NCBI RefSeq assembly: GCF_020745735.1
Contig: NC_083435.1
Coordinates: 28,705,231 to 28,769,230 of the forward strand
Direction: 5' to 3'
Length of the DNA stretch: 64,000 nucleotides
Source: Hemiscyllium ocellatum
Taxonomy: Eukaryota
Part shown: in pieces, positions 13,540 to 26,829 of the stretch
Layout of the letters: each line of letters opens with the position of its first letter
Position numbering within the stretch: the stretch's first letter is position 1
Program-made: the position numbers and the translations under genes
Notes under the pieces: model-generated
Seen by the model: the letters and a program-made list of their open reading frames with translations, nothing else
Database searches by the model: none
Told to the model about the DNA's origin: nothing

Positions 13540-13925
13540 ACTTCCTCAGTACTAACTCTCTGACAATGAAGCACTCACTTATTACTTAACTTCTGACAGT
13601 GTGGCACTCCCTCAGTAATGACTCTCTGAACTTTCAGCACTCCCTCAGCATTGACACTCTGAACCACGCCCTCAGTACTGTCCCTCTGACAATATAACAT
13701 TCCCTCAGTATTTTCGCTCTGACAGTGCTGCACTCCTTCAGTACTGACTCTCTGACAGGACAATACTATCTCAGCACTGACCTTCTGATAGTGCGGCACT
13801 CCCTCAGTATTGGCCCTCTGACAGTGCATCAATCGATAACTATTGATCTAATGGCAGTGCAGCACTCCCTCAGTTCGAACATCGGACAATACAGCAATCT
13901 ATTACTACTGCTGACACAACAGTGT
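13540..13925 (+). repeat. ~32-bp minisatellite (cactccctcagtactgactctctgacagtgcag), about 12 degenerate units; unit B copy ~48280-48640
   Basis: Directly visible periodicity of cactccctcag/ctctgacag. Confidence 0.85.
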
Positions 13926-14044
13926 TAGCATTGTCTCAACTTTGACGTTCTCATAATTCACGATTCCTCAGTGTTCTTCTTCTGTTCATGCTATACTTCC
14001 CAATGATGCCTTTGTGACAGAGTAACCCTGCCCAAGGGGTACTG

Positions 14045-14180
14045 TGAGAAACTGAGGACTGCAGATGCTGGAGACCAGAGTTGAAAAATGTGGTGCTGGA
14101 AAAACACAGCAGGCCAGACAGCATCTGAGTAGCAGGAGAATTGACATTTCGGGCATAAGCCCTTCTTCTGGAAGGAGATT
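14045..14180 (-). mobile_element. Penelope pLTR relic with mutated hammerhead; unit B copy ~48760-48895
   Basis: Minus strand ccagaagaagggcttatgcccgaaatgtcaattctcctgct; unit B cctgaagaagggcttatgcccgatacatcg. Confidence 0.7.
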
Positions 14181-17100
14181 CCAAGGAGTACTGTGAGCAG
14201 TTTTGCTCCCCTTAGTTCAGGAAAGATGTCATTTCACTGGAGGCCAATGAAGAGAAGATTCAGTTGAATAATCGCTTTTGGCAAAAAAAAAAGTCTCAAC
14301 TCTAGTAACTGGATTTTCGAAGAAGGAAAGGTGATTTCATTAAACATGTCTGATTTTTAAGGACTTAACACGGTAAGTGTTAAATGGATGGTTCGCCGCA
14401 TGGAAGAGTCCAGGAGTACAGGGCAGAGTCTCAGAATAATGCAAAGCAAATCTGAGACTCAGATGAGGACAAACTTCTTCTCGAGGAGGATTGTGATTGC
14501 TTGGAACTCCCTTCTGCAGAGAACTATGGGGGCAGTGTCCTTAATTATATTTCAATTTAGGATAGAGAGATTAATGATCAATCAGGGAACAAGGCTTATA
14601 GGGAAAGCGCAGGAAAGTGCAAGTGAGAAATATTGGTTTGCTCATTTTGTTAAAAAATGGTTGTGTAGTTTGATGCACCAAATGGCCTACTCCTATTCCT
14701 GTTTCTCATTCTCTTAAAACTGATAGTAACAGGCTCCACTATCAATAATAATTCTGCGAATGGTGACAGCATGTTTATGGGCATAACATTTGCTGAAATA
14801 AATATATATTATACGATATTTCAAAAATGATTTTCTTATTTCAGTTTGAATTCTGGTAAAATACAAATACATTTCTGATCACATGGAACAGGGATCAGCT
14901 CTGAGTCATAGAAATTGACAACATAGAAAGATACCATTCAAGCACTGTCAAAGTGCTCCGCTGCCTCATTTCCACTTCTCAGCACTTGGTGTTTAGTTTG
15001 GAAATTTAGGACATTTCAAGTGTATATTCAATTATGATTAAAATGAAATACAATCAGAATGCTTGCCTTTGTAAACCTTCATGCTTAGATTTCTAGACAT
15101 TCGAAATGCCCTCAGTGCAAACATTTTTCTCAATTCCCCTTTCATCACCCTGATTGCTGATATCAATTTGTTGACGGATGTCTGTCTTAATCTCCATTCA
15201 TTCTACATCACCAGAAATTGCACTCACCTCCATCCAATTTCTCTGCAGCATCTTCTGTTCCATACAAAATCTGAAAACCTTATCCACTCCTTTTGAATAT
15301 GCTTCGTCTGTGGCGAGTCCTCGTGAATCTCCACGACACTCACTCCCATAGTAGAACATCACTCCCATACCAGGCACTGTGTGCAGAATCAATGGCCCAA
15401 CTCTTCGTTCACTTTGCTCTTGCATTAAATTACTGCTATCTCCAGGCAGTCCCCAGCTTATGAACATGTTTCAGAGTATGTATGTAAGTCAATAAGTTGG
15501 AAACTATGTGGTACTGTGAAAGTACAAGTGAACATTGACATGCCAGCTCCTTCAACTTCTGAGTAACATAGGATATCTTGGACGTAAGATCACAAATTCC
15601 GTATTCATAAGTGAATCATGAGCTGGCAAGGTTCTATCCATGGTTTTTAATTATCTTCACTAGCAACGGTGTATAAACTGTAATACGACGCATTATGAAA
15701 TCATACGTACTTATTTTCATGCATTTTCTCAATACCATTCCCCAATACCTTTCCCAATGCTGTAATTCTGTACAAAACTTCTATTGTGGCATTGTATTAA
15801 ATACTTGCTGAAAATCCAATTACAGAAAAAGCATGTGCATCTCTCTACCCGCTGTATCAGTTTTAAAATGTGTACAAATCTATCAGATATAGTCCTTCTA
15901 ACAAATATATTGATTTAAACTTTTAGACTGGCTTTCATATCATCCACAGGCTTCTGCTCACATTCTGCAGCTCTTTCCGCATTGTTCTTTTTATTCTCCT
16001 TATTTCTCAAAATCTGAGGGATTTGCATTATGCTGTGCTTTTATTCTCGTTCTTTTTTTAGCTTTGATTCTGTGTTATACTCATATAGGTAATGCTAAGT
16101 ATTTGTTGGCAATCTGTTGGTGAAAGCTCTGTTGAGGAATAAAGTGCATTATGCTGAGGGAAGATGATACTTATGTCCATCCACGCTGGTTGATGGCAAA
16201 GGATAATTACTCTGTTTCTCAGGTGCCAGCCATTTTCTGATTCATTATTGAAGACAATGTTATTGATTAAATCAGGGGCAACGTTTATGATAGATAAGTT
16301 AATCAAGGTTTGGCAGTTAATTGACAGTATCTGCTAACTGATGCACTTTTCATGGCCAAACATCTACCAATTCGAGTGCGGTTACTTAATAAACATCCCG
16401 TCATCCATTGTCTCATCCTGTTAGAATTTTATACATTTCTATGAGATCTTTCCTCATTCTTCTAAATTCTCATGTATTTAGCCCAACCTGATGCAGCGTC
16501 TCTTCAGAGCGATTCCACATGTGGAAGAATTCAAACCTCAACGCCATAAATGCAAAACATTACAAATAGATACCTTGGAGGTCATCAGGAGCAGACTTGT
16601 TGGGTGGTTACAATGTGTAACTATCTTCCATGGGGAGTTGATTAGGCAAGTTGTTTAAACGCTTTCAAAGTAAAACAAGAGAATGTTTATTTGGAAACGG
16701 GGAGGGATTGATGAACTGAATAATTGAGATGAAGTCAATGGAATGAAGTTAGTTCTATCAGCAGAATAAAGTTCAAGACAGACCAAATGTTTACTTGGTC
16801 ATTTCTCTTCTCGACATGGTCGATTAAATAAAATTCTCTGTATCTGTATCTGTCGAGGAAGATCCAAATTTTGAAGTTGCAAAACACCTGCTCCACTCTA
16901 CAGCTGAGCTAACTCATAATAGAATACCTCAAATATAATGCAGTGATCCAGTGGCATTGCCTGGCAGGAAATATTGGTTTGCAGCATTGTTATGACATTG
17001 TCACAGCACACATGACAAGTGAATCAACTGTTGATATGCACAGCGGACATTCAGTGGTTCAAATGTAGAGACATCCAGTTTCTTTTTTTCCTTTTTGATT

Positions 17101-17317
17101 TTTGTCTGCATTAATGTCTCTTGCTGAAAATTTGTTGATGGAAAAGCGCAGCAGATCAGGCAGCATCCAAGGAGCAGGAGAATCGACGTTACGGGCAAAT
17201 GGTACACAATATTCCATTAAAAGAGCAGACCTGTGAGGTTTACTTTCATTCGGATGAAATAGAAGGGATCACTTGAGGCATTTGACTGAACAAAAATGGA
17301 GAACTAATCTGTATTGT

Positions 17318-17623
17318 GGGCGGCACCATGGTACAGTTGTTAGCAGTGTTGAGTCAAAGCGCCAGAGACCCGGGTTCAATTCCCTCCTCAGGCGAATTTC
17401 TGTGTATCCCCCGTTTCTGCGTGGCTTTCCTTCGGGTGTTCCGGTTTCCTCCCACAATCCAAAGATGTTCAGGTTTGGTGAATTGGCCATGCTAAATCGC
17501 CCGTAGTGTTAGGTGAAAGGGTAAATGTAGAGAAATTGGTCTGGGTGTTTCGCGCTTCGGCGGGTCGATGTGGACTTGTTGGGCTGAAGGGCCTGTTTCC
17601 ACACTGTAAGTAATCTAATCTAA
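17318..17623 (+). mobile_element. HE1-type tRNA-derived SINE; unit B copy ~52017-52294 (internal deletion)
   Basis: ggcggcac...cgggttcaattcc A/B boxes, V-domain ggtttcctcccacaatccaaagatg, (taatc)n tail. Confidence 0.88.
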
Positions 17624-18724
17624 GCATTATCTGCATCAAGGCTATGCGTAGATCAGCAAGTTATAAAAGAAAAGGCAGAGACCTTGGTTTTCTTCCTCAC
17701 ACATGCATGACATGCATTTACGCAATTTTGAGAGTCAGCCACTAATGAGGAGCGCCAAAGTAAGCAAGAATTGTTCAGTGTATTTCCTGACATGATGTGA
17801 TGGTTTCACGCTAATCTCATCCCATATGCAGTTTTTTTTCTCTGTCTGCCTGCACATAGTATGATGAATAAGCTGCTGTCTCTTCTTACAAACAAACCTC
17901 AGATGAGATTCTCCAATTTATTTAGGTTCTAAATTGGAGATACCCTGAACTTTTAAGCTCTTTGAACTTAATCATTCAGGCAACATTATATTTATCGAGC
18001 CCCCCCCCCCTCAACTGCTTCAGTGACACCATTTTACTACGATTGAGCAGATAAGTGCCACATTTGAATTGTTTCTTGAATGTCCAACACCATTTTGATA
18101 CGCAGCTTCCCTCTATAACTGTAGCCAATCAGATAAATAATTAAATGAGCAATTTATGACAATATATTTTCAACTAATACCAACCATCAGATTATTACAG
18201 CCCTTCAGGCTAACATCGAACTTCAAGCTAATTGCACATAACATAGTTACAAAAACAAGCCATTAAGCCAAAGCAGTCTTTTAAAATCGTTTAAGTGTGG
18301 TTGGCATTGCAGCCAAGAACTTCATTAATTAAACATCTCTAATGCACTTATGGAGGTGGTCATGCAGCATCTTCTGAAACTGCAGCAGCTCTTGGTGTGT
18401 AGGCACATTCCCAATGCTTTGAGGAAGGGAATTCCAGTCTTTTGAACCAGACAATCAATAAATGATCCCATTCACTGTCAGATTGCCATATGGCTTGGAA
18501 ATGAACTTGCAAATAAATGCCTGCAGCAATGTTGTTGGACCAAGCTGTCTGGCATAAATTAGATATCTTCCTTGCTCTAAGATATGATTCTAACCAATGG
18601 ACTCCAATTAATTTCAACTTTGCTACAATTGTTCCATCCCACATTCAGTCAAATAGTCCTTGATACGAAACTCTCGGTCACCTCATTTCTTGAGTTCTGA
18701 TATTTTGTCATTTTGTTTGTCATT

Positions 18725-19370
18725 TTTGGGAAATGGGCGTCACTGGCTGGCTAGCATTGATAGCCCATCTCTATTTGACCTTGAGAAGGTGATGGTGAGC
18801 TACCTTCTTGAATCGCTGCAGTCCACTTGCTGTGGGTATACCCACAATGCTTACAGGAATGGAATTACAGGAGTTTGACTCAATAATTATGAAGGAGTTG
18901 TGGTATATTTCCAAGTCAGGGTGATGAGTGACTTGGAGGGTAACTTGCAAGTGGGGTCGTTCGCAAATGCCTACTGCCGTTGTCCTTCTAGATAGAAGTG
19001 GTTTGGAAAGTGCTGTCTAAGGATACTTGGTGAATTTGAACCAAAGCTGTAATGAGATCTGGCATAGAGTGGACCCGGAAGACCCCAAACTGAATGTCAA
19101 TGAACTGATTAAATGGCAATATATGAAATTGCAAATTACATTTTCCAGTACGTAATCAAGAATAAACTAACGGATTGATCGTTGGTGCAATTGAATTTCT
19201 GCTATGTTTTAGTTTTGGTAAGGATGTGCCTGGGCAATTTTCCACATTGTCGAGCAGATTGCAGTGTTGCAGTTGAAATAGACAACTTGGCTAGCATTGA
19301 GACTTCTCTAGAGCTCTCTGTACCATTATAGGGATATTGTCAGAGCCCAGAGAACGCAATCATTTTAATA
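18725..19370 (-). mobile_element. LINE 3' region (second family); unit B copy ~53390-54030
   Basis: cccttgagaaggtgatggtgagctaccttcttgaatcgctgcagtcc tail motif; unit B ORF SRRTRAAGIWEHHHLQVP. Confidence 0.6.
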
Positions 19371-19559
19371 GAAATGAAATGGAAGACAAAATTAAGGCAA
19401 CAGATCCTGGTTTAATGAATGCAGTTCAAACATAGCCGCAGCAAAAAAAAAACGACCAGCTTCCTTTGTTAGAAATGCGAGATCACCATTCTGTACTTTA
19501 CTTCTCATTAATGAAGTAAAAATTTAAATATTGTGGCTGATTGTAGACGTACTTTAGTT

Positions 19560-20648
19560 TAGGTTAGATCTCATGGAATACAAGGGCAACTGGCCATTTG
19601 GATATAGAAAAGGCTCAAAGATTGAAGAAAGAGGGCGGTGATGGAGGGTTGTTTTTCTGACTGGAAATGTGTGAACAATGGAGTGCCACAAGGATCGGTG
19701 CTGGGTTCTGGAATTTTTGTCATTTACATAAATGATTTTGATGCAAGCATAAGAGATACAATTAGTAAGTTTGTAGATTGGAGGTGTAGTGGACAGTGAA
19801 GAGGGTGACCTCAGATTACAACAGGATCTGGACCAGTTGGGCCAATGGGCTGAGAAGTGGCAGATGGAGTTTAATTCAGATAAATGCGAGGTGCTGCATT
19901 TTGGGAAAGCAAATCTTAGCAGGACTTATATACTTCATGGTAATGTACTACGGAGTGTTGATGAACAAAGAGATCTTCATAACTCCTTGAAAGTGGAGTC
20001 GCAGGCAGATAGGATAGTGAAGAAGGCGTTTGGAATGCTTTCCTTTATTGGCCAGAGTATTGAGTAATGGAATTGGGAGGTCATGATGCGGCTATTCAGG
20101 ACACTGTTTATGCAACTGTTGGAATATTGCGTGCAGTTCTGTTCTTCTTCCTATTGGAAAGGTGTTGTGAAACTTGAAACGGTTCCGAAAAGATTTAGAA
20201 GGATGTTGCCAGGGTAGATGGATCTGACCTATAGGGAGAGGCTGAACCGGATGGGGCTGTTTTTTCTGGAGTGTCGGAGGCTGAGGGAGGACCTTACAGA
20301 TGTTTACAAAATGATGAGCGGCGTGGATAAGGTAAATCAGCAAAGTCATTTCCTTGGGGTTGGGGAAAACAGAGCTAGAGGGCATAGGTTTAGGGTGAGA
20401 GGGGAAAGATATAAAAGAGACCTAAGGGGCAACTTCTTCACGCAGATGGTGGTACGTGTATGGAAGTAGTGGAGGCTGGTATAATTGCAACATTTAAGAG
20501 GCATTTGGATGGGTATATGAACAGGAAAGTTTTGTAGATAAATGGGCCAGGTGCTGGCAGGTGGGACTAGATTGGGATGGGATATTTGGTTGGCATGGTT
20601 GGGTTGGACCAAAGTGTCTGTTTCCATGCTGTACATCTCTATGACTCT
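19560..20648 (+). mobile_element. CR1/HER1 LINE RT + 3' UTR, disrupted
   Basis: GVPQGSVLG, LQQDLDQLGQWAEKWQMEFNSDKCEVLHFG; frameshifts and small deletions. Confidence 0.9.
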
Positions 20649-21364
20649 AACCTCACACTTGTGAATTGTTTTAATTGCCTTTGAGGACGCTGTCAATGGG
20701 ATCTTCCAATTCTTGTGAAAGGAAAAAGTTAAAATGAATCATGTACTGAGTGATATTTTTTATTCTTGCTGGTTTGGGGGCAATGCAGGAGAGGTAATTT
20801 GATGCAAATCGATAGTTTAGGCCTTCATTGACCAAATGTACTGTTGACCCTGATGATTCTGACAACTACCCAAAGGTCAAAAAGTAAAGAATTTTGTCAG
20901 AGTATTGAAGCCAAATGTGAACCGTGTCGCCTGAAATATGAGAAAAAAAAACAGGGTCCTTACGTTTAGACTTGAATTGCATTGCCATGTATACTCAAGT
21001 ACAGAAGTGCAGGAGTGCAGTAAAAAGTATATAATGTTGTCACGCAGGGCACCATCTCAATTGCAAATATACCTCAGTACAAAATAAAACCCTCAGATAC
21101 AAAATAATCAAAGAAACAAAGTTAAAAAGTTAATAATTACCTTCATTGAATAAGTCGGAAAATGTCAGAGTCAGCATTCAAGTCCTTCGTAATATAAACG
21201 AGAAAAATAAAGGAATAAAGTTCAAAGTTCAACAGTGTTTGATGAGTCTCCACTTTTCTCATTCTCAGGGAGAATTCAGCTGCCAGTTCTGAACCAAACT
21301 ACCGCAGATACTGGGGGACGTCCCTCACCGCTCGCTTTTCCCGCTTTGGGCTGCAATGTCATTA

Positions 21365-21391
21365 CTGCTGCTGCTGCTGCTGCTGCTGCTG
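21365..21391 (+). repeat. (CTG)9 microsatellite; (CTG)7 at 56054-56074 in unit B
   Basis: Direct reading. Confidence 0.95.
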
Positions 21392-22789
21392 AAACTGCCA
21401 CCTCCCTGATCTCTTCCTCCTATTTCCAGAACATGCCAAGGTACTGTCAGAACTGGCTGAAAACCAGGCTGAGACACTGCAGTGGGTCACTGAGGGATTG
21501 CTTCGAGACATCATCAGGCAGCTCAGTAGAAGCTCAGAGGCTCAGATAGGTGGTAGATAAAAGTATCAAGATTTGCTTCCAAAACAAGAGAGCTGACTAC
21601 CGAAATTTCCCGTTAAATCAGCCCTTACTCATCTTAGAACCTTCTGTTCGATGTTCCTTAACAACAGTATCTTTTGTTAACAAATATATTCTGTACGAAG
21701 TTGCCTATCTACACAAAAATGAATTTAGAAAATTCAAAGTGCTATTCTAATCAAACTGATGGACAATGTGCATAGAAGTCTAAACGCTTGCAGAATTGTA
21801 ACTTTAAACATTACAGATGACAAAGTTAACACAAACCAATTTTTCCAATTAGTAATTACAACAAATTAAAACACACCAGTGCAAGGACATAACATTGGTT
21901 ATGATTTCTTGACAAGGGCTAGTCAGCAAGAATGACATCACCACTGCGCTTGTAACCTGGGAAGTATGGATATAAGCTGCACAATTGTAGTGTCCCTGTC
22001 TGTCGGCTAGTAAGTCGAGATAGAAGCCCCACCTGTGCAGAAAATGCCTCATAGTTGGTCCAAGCAGGTTGGTTAAAACAAAATCTTTCAATCTTAGAGT
22101 CATTGTAGTAACTTCTTTGATTAAAAGCCTTAGTGGTACAGTGGCAGTGTCACTGTCTCCAAGCCAGAAGTATTGGTTCAAGTCAAACCTGCTTCAGAGG
22201 TGTACTATAACAGAACTCAGCGGGTTGGTTAAGGAATATCTGTAGTCGTAACAAGGACTGCTTGACCTTGCATCTGTAACTGTAAATTTTTCGGTCACTG
22301 CCTTCATTCTATTCATTATCCCATGATGTATTTTGATGTAAACTGAAGTTGAGCTGAATCACATAATATTAAGTTGTCAAGACTTGCATTGGCTGCTGTT
22401 AAGTAGCACAACACATTAGAGTTAACAAAACGTATGCCTTGATTGTGCAATGAAACGTAAACTAAATTGATCATCAAAAGACAGTTTCCCGAATAATCCT
22501 AATCACTCTTCAGTTGATTTTGGGAAAGAAGGCCTTGGTTTCCCAGCTGCAACTCTGGAGGGCACTGAGGGAAAAAAATGGAACCGATGGTTACAGAATG
22601 AGCAAAATCCAATTCATCCAAAATAATCCCCATAAGTCCCAATATTTTGCGTCAAAGAAATCAATCATTTCCACAAACCCCAGCAATGAAACTGATCAGA
22701 TACCTAAACTGATGTAAAAACATTAAAATTCAAAAGACTTGGATACAGTTATACACACAGAACAAAAAACAATACAGCAGGGAAACGGG

Positions 22790-23340
22790 TCCTAGCTTGT
22801 CTTTGTTGCTTAGGGCATTGAGGAGAAAAGTCATCTTGCTGCTGTACAGAGCTTTACGTCGACCACATTTGATGTATTGCGTGCATTCTAGTCACCACAC
22901 TGCAGGAGGGAAGTGGGGGCTTTGCAAGATGCAAAACAGATTTACCAGGATGTGGCCTGAAATGGACTATATTAGCTTTACGGAGAGGTTGCACAAATTT
23001 GGAGAGATGGAGGCTGAGTATGACCTGATATAAGTATACAAAATTATGAAAAACATACATAGGATAGATCGTCAGAGTCTTCTTCACAGGATGGAAACGT
23101 CAAGTATTAGCGTAAATAAGTTTAAGATGACAGAGGGGGTAAGTTTAAAGGAGGAGAAAGTGTGAGGCAAGTCCTTTACACAGATGGAAGTATGTGCCTG
23201 GAAGGCACTATCAGGGAAAGTAGTAAAGGAAAATCCATAGTAATGTTTACAAAGCATTAGACAGACACATGAACAGATCAGGAATAGAGGGCTACAGGCC
23301 ATGTGCAGGTAGATGAAATGAGTTCGGAATGTCATTATGG
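22790..23340 (+). mobile_element. Decayed CR1 LINE 3' end; unit B copy ~57450-57990
   Basis: LLYRALRRPHLMYCV...QNRFTRM. Confidence 0.7.
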
Positions 23341-23751
23341 TAGGCGCAGACACGTTAGCTCTTACAGCTCCAGAGTTTTTGGAAGAAAGTGTGAACAACT
23401 TACGGAATTAATGATCAGCCATAGTCATATTGAATAGGAAAATAAATCTTTGAACGTGCCTCAACCAAACATTCAGACCGTGCATAACAGGTCAAGTTTG
23501 TATTCCCTTAGAAAATTAAAGGGGTGATTTGATGAAAGTTTAAAACATTAAAGAGAAAAGGATGTTAAATGATAATAGTTGTTAAATCATAGTCATAAAT
23601 TCATGGGAACATTGAAAACAGGAGCTGAACTAGGCCATTCAGCCCTTTGAGCCTGCTCACTCATTCAGCATGATCACGGCTGATCATCTTTCAGAAAGTC
23701 AACTTTGGAAGCATAGGCACATCCTCAGTCAAATGGAGAGGCAGAAAGTCA

Positions 23752-24036
23752 ATGCAACACAACAAACCTAACTGGGAATTAACTCCACTCAGTTATAGAA
23801 CAACACTGTCGATTAATGGGCATTCATCAGCGGAATTGTTCAAGGGGATGCCCTTGAAGGTGGATGCACTAGTTTTAGAACATGACCTCAGGCCACATAT
23901 AAACTCTGAAATCTGTGAGAAGGTAAAGCAACTAGAGAAAATGTCTCAACATAAAAGCAGTAAAGGTATAGCAACTCTGAACAGAGTGAAAAACATGAAA
24001 CTTAAATGCAAGGTAGAAAGCCTGGTTAAAATATAA
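23752..24036 (+). mobile_element. Decayed Gypsy (K02A2.6-like) integrase C-terminal relic; unit B copy at 58403-58687
   Basis: LSYRTTLSINGHSSAELFKG resembles the integrase motif LxYRTTP...GxSPAELLMGR. Confidence 0.5.
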
Positions 24037-25061
24037 CAACCAACTGCAGAGTCTGGCCATGCTGAAAAAAGATTGCCCTTACCCCGGATCAATTGCATTA
24101 AAATTCCTTGTTATTATCAGTTCTGAAGAAAGGTCACTGGACACAAAATATCAATTCAACTTTTCCTCTGCGGTTTTCCAGCAATTTTTGCTTTTGTTGC
24201 AGGAAGTTTGATTTATGGATAGGAAGTCAAACAGCTCGGTCATCAGAGAAACAAATCATCAGAAGTTTAACCTTGTCAGAAGACCTGAGGGCATATTCAG
24301 GACGGACAGGAAGGGATTGGTCTGACGTGAGACTAGCAGCATGTCCAAGAATGATTGTCAGAGGAGGAAGACGAATACCCATACAGTGTCACACAGAGTG
24401 AATCAGCCATTTCAGACGGTACAACATCATCAGCTTCGAGTTGAAATCAAGCAAACACGATCATTTCGTCTAGTCAGAGTTTCTGATTCGTGCAACCTGA
24501 GAGAATTGGCTGTAGTGGCATCAAGACAATATTTTCATTTATATTAGCAAATTCAATGTCAACAAGCAAAAATAAACTTCCAGAATAGTGCAGACCAGGT
24601 AGAGAGAAACTTAGGGCGAGATCTCAAAAAATAATCTTAAAGCGCATGGGAGATTTATACAAGTGATGATGGTTAAATGATGATGTGACTAACATCAGTG
24701 AAAGGGGAGATACGGGACTGTTGTTAATATGAAAGATAGAGACAGGGCTTAGTTCCGTGTATTAACTTGAAGACTTTAGATGCAAATACAATCATGTCAA
24801 AATACATAGGATATGGAAGATTTGCTTAAAGGGAGCAGCAAACAATTTGATGCTCAGTGTATGTGCAAATACCCACAGCACAAATCCCCAGACCAGTACC
24901 TTAATGTCTAAGTACCAATATGGCTTAACAGATAACCCACAGTATATTGAGGGCAAGACAGACACGATGCTCAGATTCCACCCACCAGACTGTAATGTTA
25001 ACACCAACTGTCCAACCAAAGTTAATTGGAGTTCCCCTTTTTGAATGACACCACACGTACA

Positions 25062-25108
25062 TCAGACACTGGCAATAGAAATGTTTGAGGATTCACCTTC
25101 TCCAGAAG
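25062..25108 (-). pseudogene. Probable last cytoplasmic exon of the MHC class I pseudogene (SGEGESSNISIASV*)
   Basis: Pyrimidine-rich acceptor tctctccttccattcacag|CT TCT GGA, Ser-rich tail ending TGA, resembling shark class I tails. A 33-nt ag/gt-bounded segment at 25457-25489 may be the intervening tail exon (weak). Confidence 0.6.
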
Positions 25109-25565
25109 CTGTGAATGGAAGGAGAGACATTGAAAATAAACTTGTGATTTCCAGAGACAGGAAGAGTCAAATGTAGAGGCAGAGTGAGAGAGAGAGTGAG
25201 AGAGAGTGAGACCTTAGTCTCTTGCCACTATCCACACTCTAGCCCTTAAATCTCTCCGTGTCACTCATCCCTCGCTCACTCCTGATCCAAGCCAAACACG
25301 CTCTTCTGATTCTAGCCCCTCACTATCATCCTGAACCTACCCTCTACCCCCACCTTGACTCTAGCTTTCTCACTTTCTCACTGTCCTTAACTCATTACTC
25401 CATCCCCATTGTTAACGACTTGCTCTTTCCTTGATCTTAGCACTGTCACTCCCAACCTGAATTGGATAGCTTCTCCATCAGGCCTCAACCTGCACAGTAG
25501 AAATTCTATGACTCTAAGGCTCTGAACTCCTGATGAGGAACTGCCACTTTCTCTCCGGTTCCTAC

Positions 25566-25686
25566 CTTTCCTGCTGTAGATGATAATGACAGCCACTGCA
25601 GTGAGAACTATGAGCAGCTGTGAGCAACCAAAGCACTCCAACTGAAATCACAATGGTGAGAGGAACCTATGCCTGAGACTCCAGAT
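25566..25686 (-). pseudogene. MHC class I connecting peptide/transmembrane exon (pseudogene)
   Basis: ctcctcttaaacag|AT CTG ... AGG AAA G|gtagga, 121 nt (one extra base); (D)LESQA*VPLTIVISVGVL/GCSQLLIVLTAVAVIIIYSRK, a hydrophobic segment with basic stop-transfer residues, placed downstream of alpha3. Confidence 0.75.
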
Positions 25687-26234
25687 CTGTTTAAGAGGAG
25701 AGATAAAGAGAAACCAGGGGTAAATGGAGAGAAATATGGTGCGAGAAAGGAAAAGGCAATAGAATTAACGTGAAATTTCATAACTTGTGCTGCAATAGGT
25801 CATTCAGCCCAACCTGTCCATGCTTGTCTTGACTGAATTATCGCATTTACTGTACAGATGGAGGCCAGTTCATCCATCATGTCTCTAACAGTTAATTCTC
25901 CTCCCAGGTTCTTCTTCAATATTTTCTAGTCTTCACCTATTATCATTGCAATGCATTCCTCCCTCCCTCATATTTGTCAAGCGCATTTCTAGCGTTCAGT
26001 CCAACCACTCCACCGTGAGTGAGTTCCACATCCTCACCATTGCTTGTTTTAAGAGGTCTATTCCAAGTTCCCTATTAGATTTCTACAAATGAGAAACGCT
26101 CTCTTACAATCCATGTTGCAAAGATTTCCATCATTATAAAGACGACCAAGGGGGTCACCTTTCTGTTTTCCAGGGGAATTGGGAGCCAGCCTGTCAATCC
26201 ATTCTTGGTAGATATTGACATGTTATCCTGGCAC

Positions 26235-26650
26235 ACCCTCTCTAGTACAGGATCCTAACTGGGACTTCTGCTGTTTGTGATATATATAAATGACTTGAAT
26301 GAAAATATGAATGGGTGCATTAGTAAATTTTCAGATGGCACAACGATCAGTTGATATGTGGATAGTGCAGAAATTGTCAAAGGATACAGTGGTATATAGG
26401 TAAGTTGCAGATATGACCGGACAAATAGCAGAAGGAGTAAGTGTGAGGATCTACACTTTGGGAGATCAGATGTTAAGGAAAAGTACACAGTTAATGGCAG
26501 AACCCTGAACAGCATTGATGTACAGGGAGATCTTGGAGTTCAAGTCCATAGCTCCACAAAAGTGGCCATATAACAAGATAGGTTAGTAAAGAAAGCATAT
26601 GACATGCTTTGTTTTACTGGTCAGGTAATTAAAATCAAGCGTCAGGATGT
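26235..26650 (+). mobile_element. CR1 RT fragment; unit B copy ~60255-60670
   Basis: GSxLGxLLFVIYINDL...ISKF in the plus frame. Confidence 0.7.
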
Positions 26651-26652
26651 CA

Positions 26653-26828
26653 TGGTGGCTCAGTGTTTAGTACTGCTGGCTCACAGTGCCCGGGACCCGG
26701 GTTTGATTCTAGCCTCGGGTGACTATCTGTGTGGAATTTGCACATTCTGCCTGCATCTGTGTGTGTTTCTTCCAGGTGCTTTGGTTCCTCCGAAAATCCA
26801 AAGACGTGCAGGTTAGGTGAATTGTACA
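26653..26828 (+). mobile_element. 5' part of HE1-type SINE; truncated unit B copy 60672-60772
   Basis: ggtggctcagtgtttagtactgctggctcacagtgcccgggacccgggtttgatt. Confidence 0.75.
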
Positions 26829-26829
26829 T

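Noticed and set aside
13540-13925. CRISPR-like array
   Set aside because: Contiguous degenerate units with no unique spacers, no cas genes, and vertebrate context.
17318-17400. tRNA gene
   Set aside because: A/B boxes belong to the HE1 SINE head; no cloverleaf or acceptor stem.
21501-21517. Minus-strand ctgatgatgtctcgaag as a hammerhead
   Set aside because: No stem II pairing and GAAG instead of GAAA.
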